Assembly: GCA_031459875.1 (NCBI GenBank)
Contig: JAVKHQ010000021.1
Location: 1 to 48,860, forward strand
Length of the DNA: 48,860 bases
DNA from: Candidatus Fervidifonticultor sextus
GTDB taxonomy: Bacteria; Sysuimicrobiota; Sysuimicrobiia; Sysuimicrobiales; Humicultoraceae
Direction: 5' to 3'
Shown here piece by piece: positions 26,662-37,004 of the stretch. Position 1 is the first letter of the stretch, and each line of letters opens with the position of its first letter. The notes beneath the pieces were generated by a model. The model did not search any database and was not told where the DNA came from. It saw nothing but the letters and a program-made list of their open reading frames with translations. The position numbers and the translations under genes are program-made.

Positions 26662-28263
26662 GTGGTCATCGAGGAAGGGATCCGCAGCCGCACCGGGCTC
26701 GAGGTCCACGGCATCCACCCGGAGATGGTGGGGTGGAACCTGACCACGCCGGCGCTGTACGAGCACGCCGTGCGGCGCCGCGAGGGGCTGATCGCCGAAG
26801 GGGGGCCCCTGGTGGTCCGGACCGGGCACCACACCGGCCGGTCCCCGCAGGACAAGTTCATCGTCCGCGAACCTTCCAGCGAGGAGCGGATCTGGTGGGG
26901 GAAGCACAACCAGCCGATGACCCCCGGGACCTTCGAGGCCCTGCACCGCCGGCTGCTGGCCTACCTCCAGGGGAAGGAACTCTTCGTGCAGGACGTCTTC
27001 GTCGGTGCCGACCCGCGCTTCCGCAAGCGCGTCCGGGTGATCACCGAATACGCCTGGCACAGCCTGTTCGCCCGTACCATGTTCATCGTGCCCGACGGCG
27101 AGGCGCTGGCCCAGCACACCCCGGAATTCGCCATCATCGATGCGCCGCGGTTCCACGCCGACCCCGAGACCGACGGGACCCGTAGCGAAGTCTTCATCCT
27201 GATGCACCTGGCCCGGAAACTGGTCCTCATCGGCGGCACGTCGTATGCAGGCGAGATCAAGAAGTCGGTGTTCACGCTCATGAACTACCTGCTCCCGCTG
27301 CAGGACGTCCTGCCGATGCACTGTTCAGCCAACGTGGGCCCTTCGGGGGATGTGGCGCTGTTCTTCGGCCTCTCGGGCACCGGGAAGACGACCCTGTCGT
27401 CCGACCCGGAGCGGACGCTGATCGGCGACGACGAGCACGGGTGGTCGGATACCGGCATCTTCAACTTCGAGGGCGGCTGCTACGCGAAGACGATCCGGCT
27501 CTCGCGGGAGGGGGAACCCGAGATCTACCGGACGACGCGGATGTTCGGCACGGTGCTGGAGAACGTGGCCATCGACCCGGTGACCCGCCGGCTCGACCTG
27601 GACGACGACTCGCTCACTGAAAATACCCGTGCGGCCTACCCCCTGTCCTTCATCCCCAACGCCTCCCCCACCGGTCTGGCCGGACACCCGCGCGCGATCG
27701 TCTTCCTGACGGCCGATGCCTTCGGCGTTATGCCGCCGATCGCGCGCCTGTCAGCCGATCAGGCCATGTACCACTTCCTGGCGGGCTACACTGCCAAGGT
27801 CGCCGGCACCGAGAAGGGCGTCACCGAGCCGCAGGCCACCTTCAGCCCCTGCTTCGGGGCGCCGTTCATGGCCCAGCGGCCCAGCGTCTACGCGGGCATG
27901 CTGGGCGAGCGGATCGCGCGGCACGGAACCGCGGTCTGGTTGATCAACACCGGGTGGACCGGCGGGCCGTACGGCGAGGGGCAGCGGATCAGGCTGTCCC
28001 ATACGCGCGCCATGGTCCGCGCGGCGCTGTCGGGAGCGCTGGACGGCGTGCCCGCTGCCCGCGATCCGATCTTCGGCGTGCAGGTACCCACCCGCGTGCC
28101 CGACGTCCCCCCGCAGATCCTGCAGCCCCGCGCCACCTGGCGTGATCCCGCGAAGTACGACGCCACCGCCAGGCGCCTCGCCCGGATGTTCGCCGACGCG
28201 TTTGAGGAGTTCGCTCCTCATGTGTCCGCGTCCGTGCGCGAGGCCGCGCCCCGGACCGACTGA
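26662..28263 (+). CDS. pckA: Phosphoenolpyruvate carboxykinase (ATP)
   Basis: [47 protein letters not shown] and NTGWTGG motifs. Confidence 0.97.
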   Translation: MVIEEGIRSRTGLEVHGIHPEMVGWNLTTPALYEHAVRRREGLIAEGGPLVVRTGHHTGRSPQDKFIVREPSSEERIWWGKHNQPMTPGTFEALHRRLLAYLQGKELFVQDVFVGADPRFRKRVRVITEYAWHSLFARTMFIVPDGEALAQHTPEFAIIDAPRFHADPETDGTRSEVFILMHLARKLVLIGGTSYAGEIKKSVFTLMNYLLPLQDVLPMHCSANVGPSGDVALFFGLSGTGKTTLSSDPERTLIGDDEHGWSDTGIFNFEGGCYAKTIRLSREGEPEIYRTTRMFGTVLENVAIDPVTRRLDLDDDSLTENTRAAYPLSFIPNASPTGLAGHPRAIVFLTADAFGVMPPIARLSADQAMYHFLAGYTAKVAGTEKGVTEPQATFSPCFGAPFMAQRPSVYAGMLGERIARHGTAVWLINTGWTGGPYGEGQRIRLSHTRAMVRAALSGALDGVPAARDPIFGVQVPTRVPDVPPQILQPRATWRDPAKYDATARRLARMFADAFEEFAPHVSASVREAAPRTD

Positions 28264-28379
28264 CCGGCCTCGTGACCCGGTGCAGGCGCAACGGCGTCCT
28301 CACCTGGGGGTGGAGAGTCTCCCGGGCTCGCCGCCGTGTCGGGTATGATGGATCGGGGGCGTCTGTGGAGGTGAGGTGA

Positions 28380-29405
28380 GTGCGCATTGCCGTGTTGACA
28401 GGCGGCGGCGACGCGCCGGGGCTGAACGCCGCGATCCGGGCCGTCGTCCGCCGGGCCCTCGAGGGCGGTCACGAGGTCATCGGGGTCCGCAAGGGCTGGC
28501 TGGGCCTGCTGGACGGCGACGTGGTCTCGCTGACCCGCGACAGCGTCTCAGGCATCCTGCCCCGCGGCGGCACCATCCTGGGGACCTCACGGACCAATCC
28601 CTTCAAGGACGATGAGGGCGGCCGTCGTGTCCTGGACACGATTCGGCGGCTGGGCATGGACGCCATCATCGCCATCGGCGGCGACGATACCCTGAGCGTG
28701 GCGTTGAAATTGCACCGGATGGGCGTGCGCGTGGTGGGGGTGCCCAAGACGATGGACAACGACGTGCCGGGCACCGACTACACCATCGGGTTCGACACCG
28801 CCGTCAATGTGGTGATGGAGGCCTGCGACCGGCTGCACACCACCGCGGAGGCCCATCACCGGGTCATGATCATCGAGGTCATGGGGCGGGACGCCGGCTG
28901 GGTGGCCGGCGTCGGCGGGCTGGCCGGCGGGGCCGACGTCATCCTGGTCCCCGAGGTGCCGTTCACCATTGATGAGGTGTGCGAGACCATCAGGCGGCGC
29001 CACGAGCGGGGCCGGACGTTCAGCATCGTCGTGGTGGCTGAGGGCGCGAAACCCAGCGACTTCGGGGGGCAGATCACCCAGGACGCGCGCGTCGACGAGT
29101 TCGGGCACGTGCGGCTCGGCGGGGTGGGCGCACTGCTGGCCCGCGAGGTCGAGGCGCGGACCGGCTATGAGACGCGCGTGACGGTGCTGGGCCACCTCCA
29201 GCGCGGCGGCTCACCCACGGTCTTCGATCGGGTGCTCGCCACGCGCCTGGGGGTGGCGGCGGTGGAGGCCGTCGAGGCCGGTCGGTTCGGCATGATGGTG
29301 GCCGTGCAGGGGACGAGGATCGTCACCGTCAACCTGGAGGACGCCCTGAGCGGGTCCAAGCGGCTGGATCTGGAGCTCTACCGGCTCTCGCGGCTGTTCC
29401 ACTGA
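28380..29405 (+). CDS. pfkA: 6-phosphofructokinase, PfkA group III, PPi-type signature
   Basis: GGDAPGLN, GGTILGTSR, GGDDT, PKTMDND, EVMGR and LGHLQRGG motifs. Confidence 0.95.
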   Translation: MRIAVLTGGGDAPGLNAAIRAVVRRALEGGHEVIGVRKGWLGLLDGDVVSLTRDSVSGILPRGGTILGTSRTNPFKDDEGGRRVLDTIRRLGMDAIIAIGGDDTLSVALKLHRMGVRVVGVPKTMDNDVPGTDYTIGFDTAVNVVMEACDRLHTTAEAHHRVMIIEVMGRDAGWVAGVGGLAGGADVILVPEVPFTIDEVCETIRRRHERGRTFSIVVVAEGAKPSDFGGQITQDARVDEFGHVRLGGVGALLAREVEARTGYETRVTVLGHLQRGGSPTVFDRVLATRLGVAAVEAVEAGRFGMMVAVQGTRIVTVNLEDALSGSKRLDLELYRLSRLFH

Positions 29406-29415
29406 GGCCAGCCGC

Positions 29416-30183
29416 CTATTTGATGAGCCGGTGGCGCATCAGCACCACCGGTAGCGGGAACAGCGCGACCGTCACGACAGACATCCAGGCCAGATCCGCG
29501 AGGTGGCGCGGCCCCGGCGTCCCCAGCGCCAGGGCCCGGGTGAGGTTCACGACATGGGAGAGCGGCGTCAGCCATGCTGCGACGCTCACCCACCCCGGCA
29601 GGGCATCCAGAGGAAAGAAGACCCCGCTGAACATGAACATGGGCGTGACGAACAGGGCGAAGTAGAAGGTGAAGTAGTCGATGCTGGGGTTGATGGCCGT
29701 GAAGGTCATGGCGATGACCGAGAACATCAGGCCCGACAGGAAGAACAGGGGCGGGATCAGCAGCGCCAGGATCGAGCGGACCACGCCGAACAGGGCGATG
29801 ACGACCAGGAACACCGTGCCGTAGAGCACGCTGCGCGTGGCGCCCCACAGGATTTCCCCCACGACCACGTCCTCGATCCCCAGCGGCGTGGTGATAGCCC
29901 CGTCGTAGGCCTTCTCGTAGTACATCTGGACGTAGGCGTTGTACGTACACTCGAAGGTGGCGCCGAACATCGCCGAGGCCGCCACGAGCCCGGTGGCCAC
30001 GAAGGTCAGGTAGGGCAGGCCGGCGACGGTGCTGAGGTAGGCGCCGATCCCGAAGCCCATGGCCAGCAGGTAGATCACCGGCTCCAGGAAGTTCACGGCG
30101 ACGGATTCCGGGAAGATCCGTCGGAAGATGAAGGCGTTGCGCTGCCAGAACCGGTAGGCCCCCTTCGGCGAGAACAGCCGCAT
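29416..30183 (-). CDS. ABC-2 exporter permease, NodJ-like
   Basis: EPVIYLLAMGFGIG, YLTFVATG, GEILW, TPMFMFSGVFFP and TPLSH motifs. Confidence 0.9.
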   Translation of the reverse strand: MRLFSPKGAYRFWQRNAFIFRRIFPESVAVNFLEPVIYLLAMGFGIGAYLSTVAGLPYLTFVATGLVAASAMFGATFECTYNAYVQMYYEKAYDGAITTPLGIEDVVVGEILWGATRSVLYGTVFLVVIALFGVVRSILALLIPPLFFLSGLMFSVIAMTFTAINPSIDYFTFYFALFVTPMFMFSGVFFPLDALPGWVSVAAWLTPLSHVVNLTRALALGTPGPRHLADLAWMSVVTVALFPLPVVLMRHRLIK

Positions 30184-31121
30184 CAGTCGCGCAGCATCCT
30201 CCCGGTCAGCCGCAGGAAGACGTCTTCCAGGGTGGCGTGGCGCAGCGTGGCCGACTCGACCGCCACCGCCTGCTCCCGGAGGCGGTGCAGCAGGGCGTCC
30301 CCGTCGCCCGTGTAGAGGAGCACCAGGTCGCCCGCGACTTCATGGGCCTCGGCCAACCCGTTGGCCGCCTGGAGGACCTGCGCCAGGGTCCGGCGGGCCG
30401 CGTCCCCATCGCCCAGACCCCGAAGCTCGACCACCTCGCGGCCCACATGGGCGCGCACCAGGTCCGCCGGCGCGCCTTCGGCCACGATGCGGCCGGAGTC
30501 CATGATCACCAGCCGGTCGCACAGCGCCGCCGCCTCCTCCATGTAGTGGGTCGTGAGGACCTGGGTCACCCCCAACCGCTTGAGGTGCCGGAGTTTCTGC
30601 CAGGTGAGCTGGCGGGCCTGCGGGTCGAGCCCGGTGGTCGGTTCGTCCAGGATCAACAGGTCGGGTTGCGGGATCAGGGCGCGGGCGACCATCAGCCGGC
30701 GGCGCATCCCGCCGCTGAGCTGCTCCACCCTGCTGGTGGCCCGATCGGTCAGGCCCACGAACTCCAACAGGCCGTCGGCGCGGCGGCGTGCCTCAGGCCA
30801 CGGGATGTCGAAGTACCGGGCGAAGATCAACAGGTTCTCGCGCACCGAGAGCGCCGTGTCCAGGGTGTTTTCCTGCGTCACGACGCCCAGGCGGGCCTTG
30901 ATGGCGCGGGGCTGGGTGCGCACGTCCATGCCGAGGACCCGGAGGTCGCCGGCGGTGGGAGGGAGCACGCAGTAGATCATCTTCATGGTGGTGGTCTTGC
31001 CCGCGCCGTTGGGGCCGAGGAAACCGAAGCACTCGCCGGGGCGGACCTCGAAGGAGATGCCGTCCACCGCCGCCAGCGCGCCGTACTGCTTGCAAAGCGC
31101 CCGGGCCTCGATGACGGGCAT
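30183..31121 (-). CDS. ABC exporter ATPase, NodI/DrrA-like (alternative start 31163)
   Basis: GPNGAGKTT, LSGGMRRR, LDEPTTGLDPQAR, TTHYMEEA and TLEDVFLRLTG motifs. Confidence 0.93.
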   Translation of the reverse strand: MPVIEARALCKQYGALAAVDGISFEVRPGECFGFLGPNGAGKTTTMKMIYCVLPPTAGDLRVLGMDVRTQPRAIKARLGVVTQENTLDTALSVRENLLIFARYFDIPWPEARRRADGLLEFVGLTDRATSRVEQLSGGMRRRLMVARALIPQPDLLILDEPTTGLDPQARQLTWQKLRHLKRLGVTQVLTTHYMEEAAALCDRLVIMDSGRIVAEGAPADLVRAHVGREVVELRGLGDGDAARRTLAQVLQAANGLAEAHEVAGDLVLLYTGDGDALLHRLREQAVAVESATLRHATLEDVFLRLTGRMLRD

Positions 31122-31179
31122 CGCCGCGTCCTTCGACGGGGAAAGCAGGGCAGACCGGAGCACGACCGCGCTACTTCGG

Positions 31180-32214
31180 CTATCGGGTCAGCGTGACCTT
31201 CCGCAGGCCGCGCGGCCGATCGGGGTTCAGCCCCCGCGCCACCGAAACGTGGTAGGCGAAGAGGTGCACGACCGGGGCGGCCGCGACCGGCGCCAGGGCC
31301 TCGGGCAGCCCCGCGTTGACGGCCACATCCCCCGGGTCGTCTCCGAAGGCGAAGGTGAGCGTCGGGACCCGCCGGGCCCGGAGTTGCACGCGGAGGTCGA
31401 TGAGGCTGGCGCGGGTCCGGCCGGGCGGGAGCAGGAGGAGCACGGTGCTCTTCCTGTCGAGGGCGGCGATGGGGCCGTGCAGCAACTCCGCGGCGGAGAG
31501 GGACTCGGCCGCGGCATAGGCGGTTTCCTTGAGTTTGAGCGACGTCTCATCGGCCACCCCGAGCATGTAGCCTCGCGTCGTCACGATCCAGTGATCACGC
31601 CGGGCGTGCCGCCTGGCCAGCGCCGCGACGGCCTCCTCGTGGCGCAGCGCCGCGGTGACCGCCTCGGGGAGGCGCGAGAGCCCCCTGGCCAGATCCCGGT
31701 GCTGCCCCCAGCCGACGACCAGGGCGGCCAGCATCGCCAGCGAGGCGGTGAAGGTCTTCGTGGCGGTCACGCTGAGCTCCGGGCCCGCCGACAGCGGCAG
31801 GACGTGGGCACTGGTCTGTGCCAGGGGGGAGGCGGCGTCGTTGGTGATGGCCACCGTCAGTGCCCCCTGTTTCCGCGCCTCGGCCACGACCTCGCTGACG
31901 TCGACGGACCGGCCGGATTGGGAAATGCCGATGACGGCGGCGGCGGTCCAGTCCGGGGTGCGGTCGTAGAGTGTCGTCACCGACGGCATGGCGGTGGTGG
32001 TGGGGATGCGCAGGAGGGTCTCGATCAGGTACTGGCCGTAGACCGCCGCGTTGTGGGAGGTCCCGCGCGCGACGAAGACGACCAGCGTGGGTTTCCGCCG
32101 GCGCAGCGCCGCGACGACCTCCCCGACACCGGCGGCGTGTTCGGCGAGCATGCGGGCCAGGACCTGGGGCTGCTCGCGGATCTCGGACAGCATCGCGTGG
32201 GACGGTGCCGTCAT
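31180..32214 (-). CDS. Double-SIS sugar-phosphate isomerase/deaminase (GlmS isomerase-like, NagB-II type)
   Basis: EIREQP, ARGTS, SQSGRS, ATKTF, LKLKET, HGP and C-terminal PDRPRGLRKVT motifs; no glutaminase domain. Confidence 0.9.
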   Translation of the reverse strand: MTAPSHAMLSEIREQPQVLARMLAEHAAGVGEVVAALRRRKPTLVVFVARGTSHNAAVYGQYLIETLLRIPTTTAMPSVTTLYDRTPDWTAAAVIGISQSGRSVDVSEVVAEARKQGALTVAITNDAASPLAQTSAHVLPLSAGPELSVTATKTFTASLAMLAALVVGWGQHRDLARGLSRLPEAVTAALRHEEAVAALARRHARRDHWIVTTRGYMLGVADETSLKLKETAYAAAESLSAAELLHGPIAALDRKSTVLLLLPPGRTRASLIDLRVQLRARRVPTLTFAFGDDPGDVAVNAGLPEALAPVAAAPVVHLFAYHVSVARGLNPDRPRGLRKVTLTR

Positions 32215-32282
32215 GCCGTTCGGAGCCTTCGTCGGACGCGTCGCCGTCCCCTCCGATGGCGCGGCGGCGAAGAGGGCTCCGC

Positions 32283-33650
32283 CTACCAGCGCTTGGTGGT
32301 ACCCAGGATCTCCCGGGCGTATCCTAGCGTGGCGACCGGTGACATCAAGAACTGGTAGCAGAGCAGCCAGGCGACGAACCCCACGCGGTTGCGCCGGATG
32401 CGCAGGCCCAGTTCATCGAAGACCTTCACCTGCTTCCAGTACATGGCCAGCGCGACCAGCGCGATCAGCGGGATGACCAGCAGCGTCATCAGTCCGGCAA
32501 TCCAGTAGTATCCGAACAGCGCCAGGACGATGCCGGGAATGAAGACCAGCGAGTACGTTCCGTCCAGGAGCGGAAAGAGGAGATCCACCACGACGAAGAA
32601 CGCCGAGAGACGGGGGCGCTTCCAGACCAGGTCGAGGTGGGCCTTGAGGCTCTCGATCATCCCCCTGGCCCAGCGCTGGCGCTGGCGGTTGAACCCGCGC
32701 CAGGTCGCCGGCACGCGGGTGAAGGCGCAGGCCGTCGCCTCGAACCCGATGCGGTAGCCGCGCTTCTGGAGGGCCCACGTCGCGAAGATGTCCTCGCCGA
32801 CCACCGGGGACCAGCCCGTGATCTCAAACAGCGCGGCCTTCTTGAAGATGCTGAAGGCGCCCTGGGCCACCAGCGTCCCCTGATACAGCGACTGCTGGCG
32901 CTTGACCGACGCGATGGCCAGAAAGTAGTCCCACTCCTGGAGCCGGGTGAGGAGGTTGTCCCGGGAATTCCTGACCAGGACGGCTCCGGCCACGGCGGCC
33001 GTGTTGGGCGGGTCGGTGACCATGCGGGCCACGATGCGGCGCAGCGCCTGGTGGTGCAGGAAGGTGTCGGCGTCGATGGTGACCACCAGGTCGGTGGCGG
33101 CTGCGGCCAGCCCGTAGTTGAGGGCGAAGGCCTTCCCCCCATGGGGGGCGGGAATCACCGTGAGGTTGGGATACTTGCCGGCGAGGCGGGCGAGGGTGCC
33201 CAGGGTCTCGTCGTGCGACCCGTCGTCCACCACGATGATGTCCACGCGGGACGGGTAGTCCTGACCGGCCAGGCTCAGCAGGGTCTCCTCCAGGGAGCCT
33301 TCCTCGTTATAGGCCGCGATGATGACCGTGACCGGCGGGTAGGGGACGTCCAGGCGCAGCGGCGGCGGGCGATCAAGGAGGATGCTGATGGCGAGGTGGG
33401 CATTGAGGAAGCCAGGGATCAGGGCGACGAACAGGACGATGAGCCACGCGGGCACCTCGCCCACGACGCCCCCCAGGTCCGCAACCCAGGGCCGGGCGAT
33501 GCCCAGCGAGACGCCAAACCAAGCGGAGGCCAGTCCTGTTGCCAGCGCAAACTTGACCCACACCGGGATGTAGAACCGCCGGGGAGTCAGGGTGCCGTGC
33601 GTCAGACTGACCGGACCTCGGGAAGCGCCCTCCGGCTCGACGCGCCCCAT
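32283..33650 (-). CDS. Processive family 2 glycosyltransferase (PgaC/IcaA/NodC-like)
   Basis: AAYNEE, DDGS, GKA, DADT, QEWDY, GAFS, GED and QRQRW motifs; N- and C-terminal TM helices. Confidence 0.92.
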   Translation of the reverse strand: MGRVEPEGASRGPVSLTHGTLTPRRFYIPVWVKFALATGLASAWFGVSLGIARPWVADLGGVVGEVPAWLIVLFVALIPGFLNAHLAISILLDRPPPLRLDVPYPPVTVIIAAYNEEGSLEETLLSLAGQDYPSRVDIIVVDDGSHDETLGTLARLAGKYPNLTVIPAPHGGKAFALNYGLAAAATDLVVTIDADTFLHHQALRRIVARMVTDPPNTAAVAGAVLVRNSRDNLLTRLQEWDYFLAIASVKRQQSLYQGTLVAQGAFSIFKKAALFEITGWSPVVGEDIFATWALQKRGYRIGFEATACAFTRVPATWRGFNRQRQRWARGMIESLKAHLDLVWKRPRLSAFFVVVDLLFPLLDGTYSLVFIPGIVLALFGYYWIAGLMTLLVIPLIALVALAMYWKQVKVFDELGLRIRRNRVGFVAWLLCYQFLMSPVATLGYAREILGTTKRW

Positions 33651-33686
33651 CCCAATAGGAGAATGCCCAAGGGCGACCCCCGATAC

Positions 33687-34688
33687 TCATGGCCCCGGAG
33701 ATCGCCGCTGGTAGACCTCGGGGTTCACCGCGTGGACAGGACGCTCCCCGCGCAGCACGGCCAGCACCGCGTCTGCGCAGGCACGCTCCATCCGCGCGGC
33801 CGTCTCGCGGGTGAACGAGGCCACGTGCGGCGTGGCGACCACGTTCTCCAATCCCACCAGGATGACGTCGCGCACCGGCTCATCGTGGAACACGTCGAGT
33901 CCTGCGCCGGCCAGCCGGCCCTCTCGCAGGGCGCGGGCCAGGGCCGCTTCGTCCACCACGTCTCCCCGGCTGGTGTTGATCAGGATCGCCGTCGGCTTCA
34001 TCCGGCCCAGCGCCGCGTCGTCGATCAGGTGCCTGGTGGCAGGGGTCAGCGGGACGTGCAGCGTCACGATGTCGCTGGACGCCAGCAGCGTCGGGAGGTC
34101 GCAGAGCGTGACCCCCAGCGCAGCCGCGGCGGCGGGATCCGGGGCGACGTCGCAGGCGAGCAGCTCCATGCCGAATCCGGCCGCGCGCCTAGCGACGGCC
34201 CGGCCGATGGCGCCAAACCCCACGATCCCCAGGGTCTTGCCGCCCACATCGACCCCGAGCGCCCGCTCCCACCGACCTGCCTTCACCATCCGGTCGAAGG
34301 AGGGGATCTTCCTGGCCACCGCCAGCATCAGGCCCAGGGCGTGGTCCGCCACGGCGTCGGTGAGCGCGCCGGTCGTGGCCGTCACGGCCACGCCGCGGGC
34401 CGTGGCCGCCTCGATGTCTACAGAATCCATCCCGACGCCACGGCGCGCGATGATCTTGAGCCGTGGCGCCGCCGCCAGGACGCGGGCCGTAATCGGCTCG
34501 GTCCCGGCGATGATGGCATCTACGTCTGCGACCAGCGCGAGGAGTTCCTCTTCGGTGAGGGTGGCGTCCCTCGGATTTGCGATGATCTCGCACCCGGCGT
34601 CTTCGAGCAGACGGAGGGCCGCGTCGCCGGCCCGCCCGAAGTCCGGGGCCGAGATCAGGACGCGCGGAGGAGTACGGGGGGTCTGCAT
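33687..34688 (-). CDS. D-isomer-specific 2-hydroxyacid dehydrogenase (SerA-like, no ACT domain)
   Basis: RRGVGMD, GFGAIG, LHVP, INTSRG, GLDVF and TPHVAS motifs. Confidence 0.92.
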   Translation of the reverse strand: MQTPRTPPRVLISAPDFGRAGDAALRLLEDAGCEIIANPRDATLTEEELLALVADVDAIIAGTEPITARVLAAAPRLKIIARRGVGMDSVDIEAATARGVAVTATTGALTDAVADHALGLMLAVARKIPSFDRMVKAGRWERALGVDVGGKTLGIVGFGAIGRAVARRAAGFGMELLACDVAPDPAAAAALGVTLCDLPTLLASSDIVTLHVPLTPATRHLIDDAALGRMKPTAILINTSRGDVVDEAALARALREGRLAGAGLDVFHDEPVRDVILVGLENVVATPHVASFTRETAARMERACADAVLAVLRGERPVHAVNPEVYQRRSPGP

Positions 34689-34713
34689 CGCCCGGGCGCG
34701 GTGAGACCGTGCG

Positions 34714-35649
34714 TCAGGCGCGGGCCGCAGCCCGCGTCAGGGAGACAGGCCGGACGCCTGCGCCGGCGAGGCCCAGGACCTCCAGTACCTCATCGAGTTC
34801 CGCACGGGTGCCGCGGTCGAGGTTCGGACCTGGATGCCGCGTCGCGGCTGAGGCCAGCACCCCGCGGCGGCGGAGGATCTCCTTGCGGATCGCCAGGCCG
34901 ATACCCGGCTGCCCCTCGTACCGGATCAGTGGCAGGTATCGATAGAAGAGGTCCCGCGCGGCGGCCCGCTCGCCGCGGACGAACGTCCCGTAGATGGCCA
35001 CCAGCACCTCCGGGAAGGCGAACCCGGTCATGGTCCCGGCAGCGCCCCTGAGGAGTTCCTCGTAGAAGTAGACCCCGCCCATACCTCCGAACACGGCCAC
35101 GGGTTGCCTGGCGGCGGCCAGCACCTGGGCCACCTTGAGTGGCGAGGGAACCTCCTCGAGTTTGATCGCGCGCGCCCGCGGCAGTTCGTCCGTGATCGAG
35201 GCCAGGAAGGCGGCGGGCATCTCCACGCCCGAGAAGACGGGCTCGTCCTGGACGACGATCGGCAGCGTGGTAGCGTCGTGCACGCGGCGGTAGTACTCGC
35301 GCACGGCTTCCAGGTTGCGCAGGTTGGTGGGCGGAGCCACCATCAGGGCGGAGGCGCCGAGAGCCTGTGCTTCGCGGCCGTGCCGGATCGCCAGGTCCGT
35401 CGCCGGGGCGCCGGTGCCGGCGATCACCGGGACCCGCCCGTCGGCGCGGCGCACGAAGCGCTCGACGGCGCCCCGGCGCTCGTCCTCGCTCAACTTGTGA
35501 GCCTCGCCCATGATGCCGAGGATCGCAAGCCCGGTCACCCCGACACCGAGCTCGAAATCCACGATCCGGTCGATCCCATCCAGGTCCAGGCTGCCGTCGT
35601 CGGCAAAGGGCGTGGCCGTGATGGCATAGACGCCAGGGGAGATGCTCAC
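34714..35649 (-). CDS. DapA/NanA-family lyase (non-DHDPS subgroup)
   Basis: TPF, GIMGE, VVQDEP, Schiff-base Lys in IKLE, GTMTG. Confidence 0.88.
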   Translation of the reverse strand: MSISPGVYAITATPFADDGSLDLDGIDRIVDFELGVGVTGLAILGIMGEAHKLSEDERRGAVERFVRRADGRVPVIAGTGAPATDLAIRHGREAQALGASALMVAPPTNLRNLEAVREYYRRVHDATTLPIVVQDEPVFSGVEMPAAFLASITDELPRARAIKLEEVPSPLKVAQVLAAARQPVAVFGGMGGVYFYEELLRGAAGTMTGFAFPEVLVAIYGTFVRGERAAARDLFYRYLPLIRYEGQPGIGLAIRKEILRRRGVLASAATRHPGPNLDRGTRAELDEVLEVLGLAGAGVRPVSLTRAAARA

Positions 35650-35715
35650 GGGTGCTGCTCCACGGGCCGCAATGCAGTATATTACCCCCAGGACTCTTCT
35701 CTCCCTGCTTCGACG

Positions 35716-36999
35716 ATGACAAGTCCCGCCGTCTCCCCCGAACGGCTTCGGATGCGCCTGGAGGCGCTGGCGGCCATCGGCGCCGACCCCTCAGGTCGCG
35801 GCACCAGCCGATTTCCGTATTCGCCGTCCCACCTGGAGGCGGTACGGACCGTGGGCAGATGGATGGAAGAAGCCGGACTGGCGGCCGGATGCGATCCCCT
35901 GGGCAATCTGGTCGGCTTCCGCCCGGGCACAGAGGATTGGCCTGCCATCCTGCTGGGATCGCACCTCGACACGGTCCCCCACGGCGGGATGTTCGACGGC
36001 GCGCTGGGTGTCGTGGCGGGGGTCGAGGTCGCGCAGGCTTTGCGGGAGGCCAAATATCCGCCACGACACGCACTGGCGGTTGTGGGCTTCGCCGACGAAG
36101 AAGGCCACGCCTTCGACCTGGGGATGCTGGCATCGCGGTGCCTGGTGGGCGAGATCCCGGCGGGCCGCTTCGGGACGATCCGCGGGCGCAACGGGCAGAC
36201 GCTGGCGGCGGCCATGGCCGCGTTCACTCCGGACCTGCCGCGGGCTGCTGTACCGTCACGCGCGGGGGCGTACCTGGAACTCCACATCGAACAGGGGCCG
36301 GTCCTGGTCCAGGCGGGGCGCCGCATCGCCGTCGTCACCGCCATCACCGGCATAGCCCGCACCACGGTGGTGCTGGAGGGCGAAGCCGCTCACGCCGGCA
36401 CCACGCCGATGCGCTCCCGCCGCGACGCCCTGGTGGGCGCCGCGGAGATCGTGCTGGCGATTAAGTCGCTGGCCGAGGTCGTGGGGCCGCCGACCGTGGC
36501 GACCGTGGGAAGACTGTGGGTGGAACCCGGGGCGACCAACGTCGTTCCCGGCCGCGTGGAGTTCACCGTCGACGTCCGCACGCCGGACGCGTCGCGGCTC
36601 TTTGACCTGTGTAGGCGGATTGACCGCGCGATCGGAAGGGTCGGACAGCGCCACGGCCTGACGCCCCGTATCGCGGCGTGGGACCAGAGACCCCCGGTGC
36701 CCCTGGACGCCTCAGTGCAGCAGGCCATCGCCCAAGCCGCCCGGGACCTGGGGCACGAGCTGCTGGCCATGCCCAGCGGGGCCGGGCACGATGCGATGAT
36801 CCTGGCGCCCTACGTCCCCGCCGGGATGATCTTCGTCCCGAGCCGGGATGGCATCAGCCACTCCCCCCGCGAGTGGACGGAGTGGGAGGATGCGGCGCTG
36901 GGCGCCGCGGTGCTGCTGCACACAGTGCTGGTGCTGGACAGCCGCGGCCCGCTGGACGCGCGCATGCTCCCGGTCGCCTCCCAGGCGGCGTTGCACTGA
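35716..36999 (+). CDS. M20 Zn amidohydrolase (allantoate/N-carbamoyl-amino-acid hydrolase family)
   Basis: GSHLDTV, DGALGV, DEEG, ELHIEQGP, HAGTTPM, SGAGHDA and GISHSP motifs. Confidence 0.92.
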   Translation: MTSPAVSPERLRMRLEALAAIGADPSGRGTSRFPYSPSHLEAVRTVGRWMEEAGLAAGCDPLGNLVGFRPGTEDWPAILLGSHLDTVPHGGMFDGALGVVAGVEVAQALREAKYPPRHALAVVGFADEEGHAFDLGMLASRCLVGEIPAGRFGTIRGRNGQTLAAAMAAFTPDLPRAAVPSRAGAYLELHIEQGPVLVQAGRRIAVVTAITGIARTTVVLEGEAAHAGTTPMRSRRDALVGAAEIVLAIKSLAEVVGPPTVATVGRLWVEPGATNVVPGRVEFTVDVRTPDASRLFDLCRRIDRAIGRVGQRHGLTPRIAAWDQRPPVPLDASVQQAIAQAARDLGHELLAMPSGAGHDAMILAPYVPAGMIFVPSRDGISHSPREWTEWEDAALGAAVLLHTVLVLDSRGPLDARMLPVASQAALH

Positions 37000-37004
37000 C
37001 CCCG

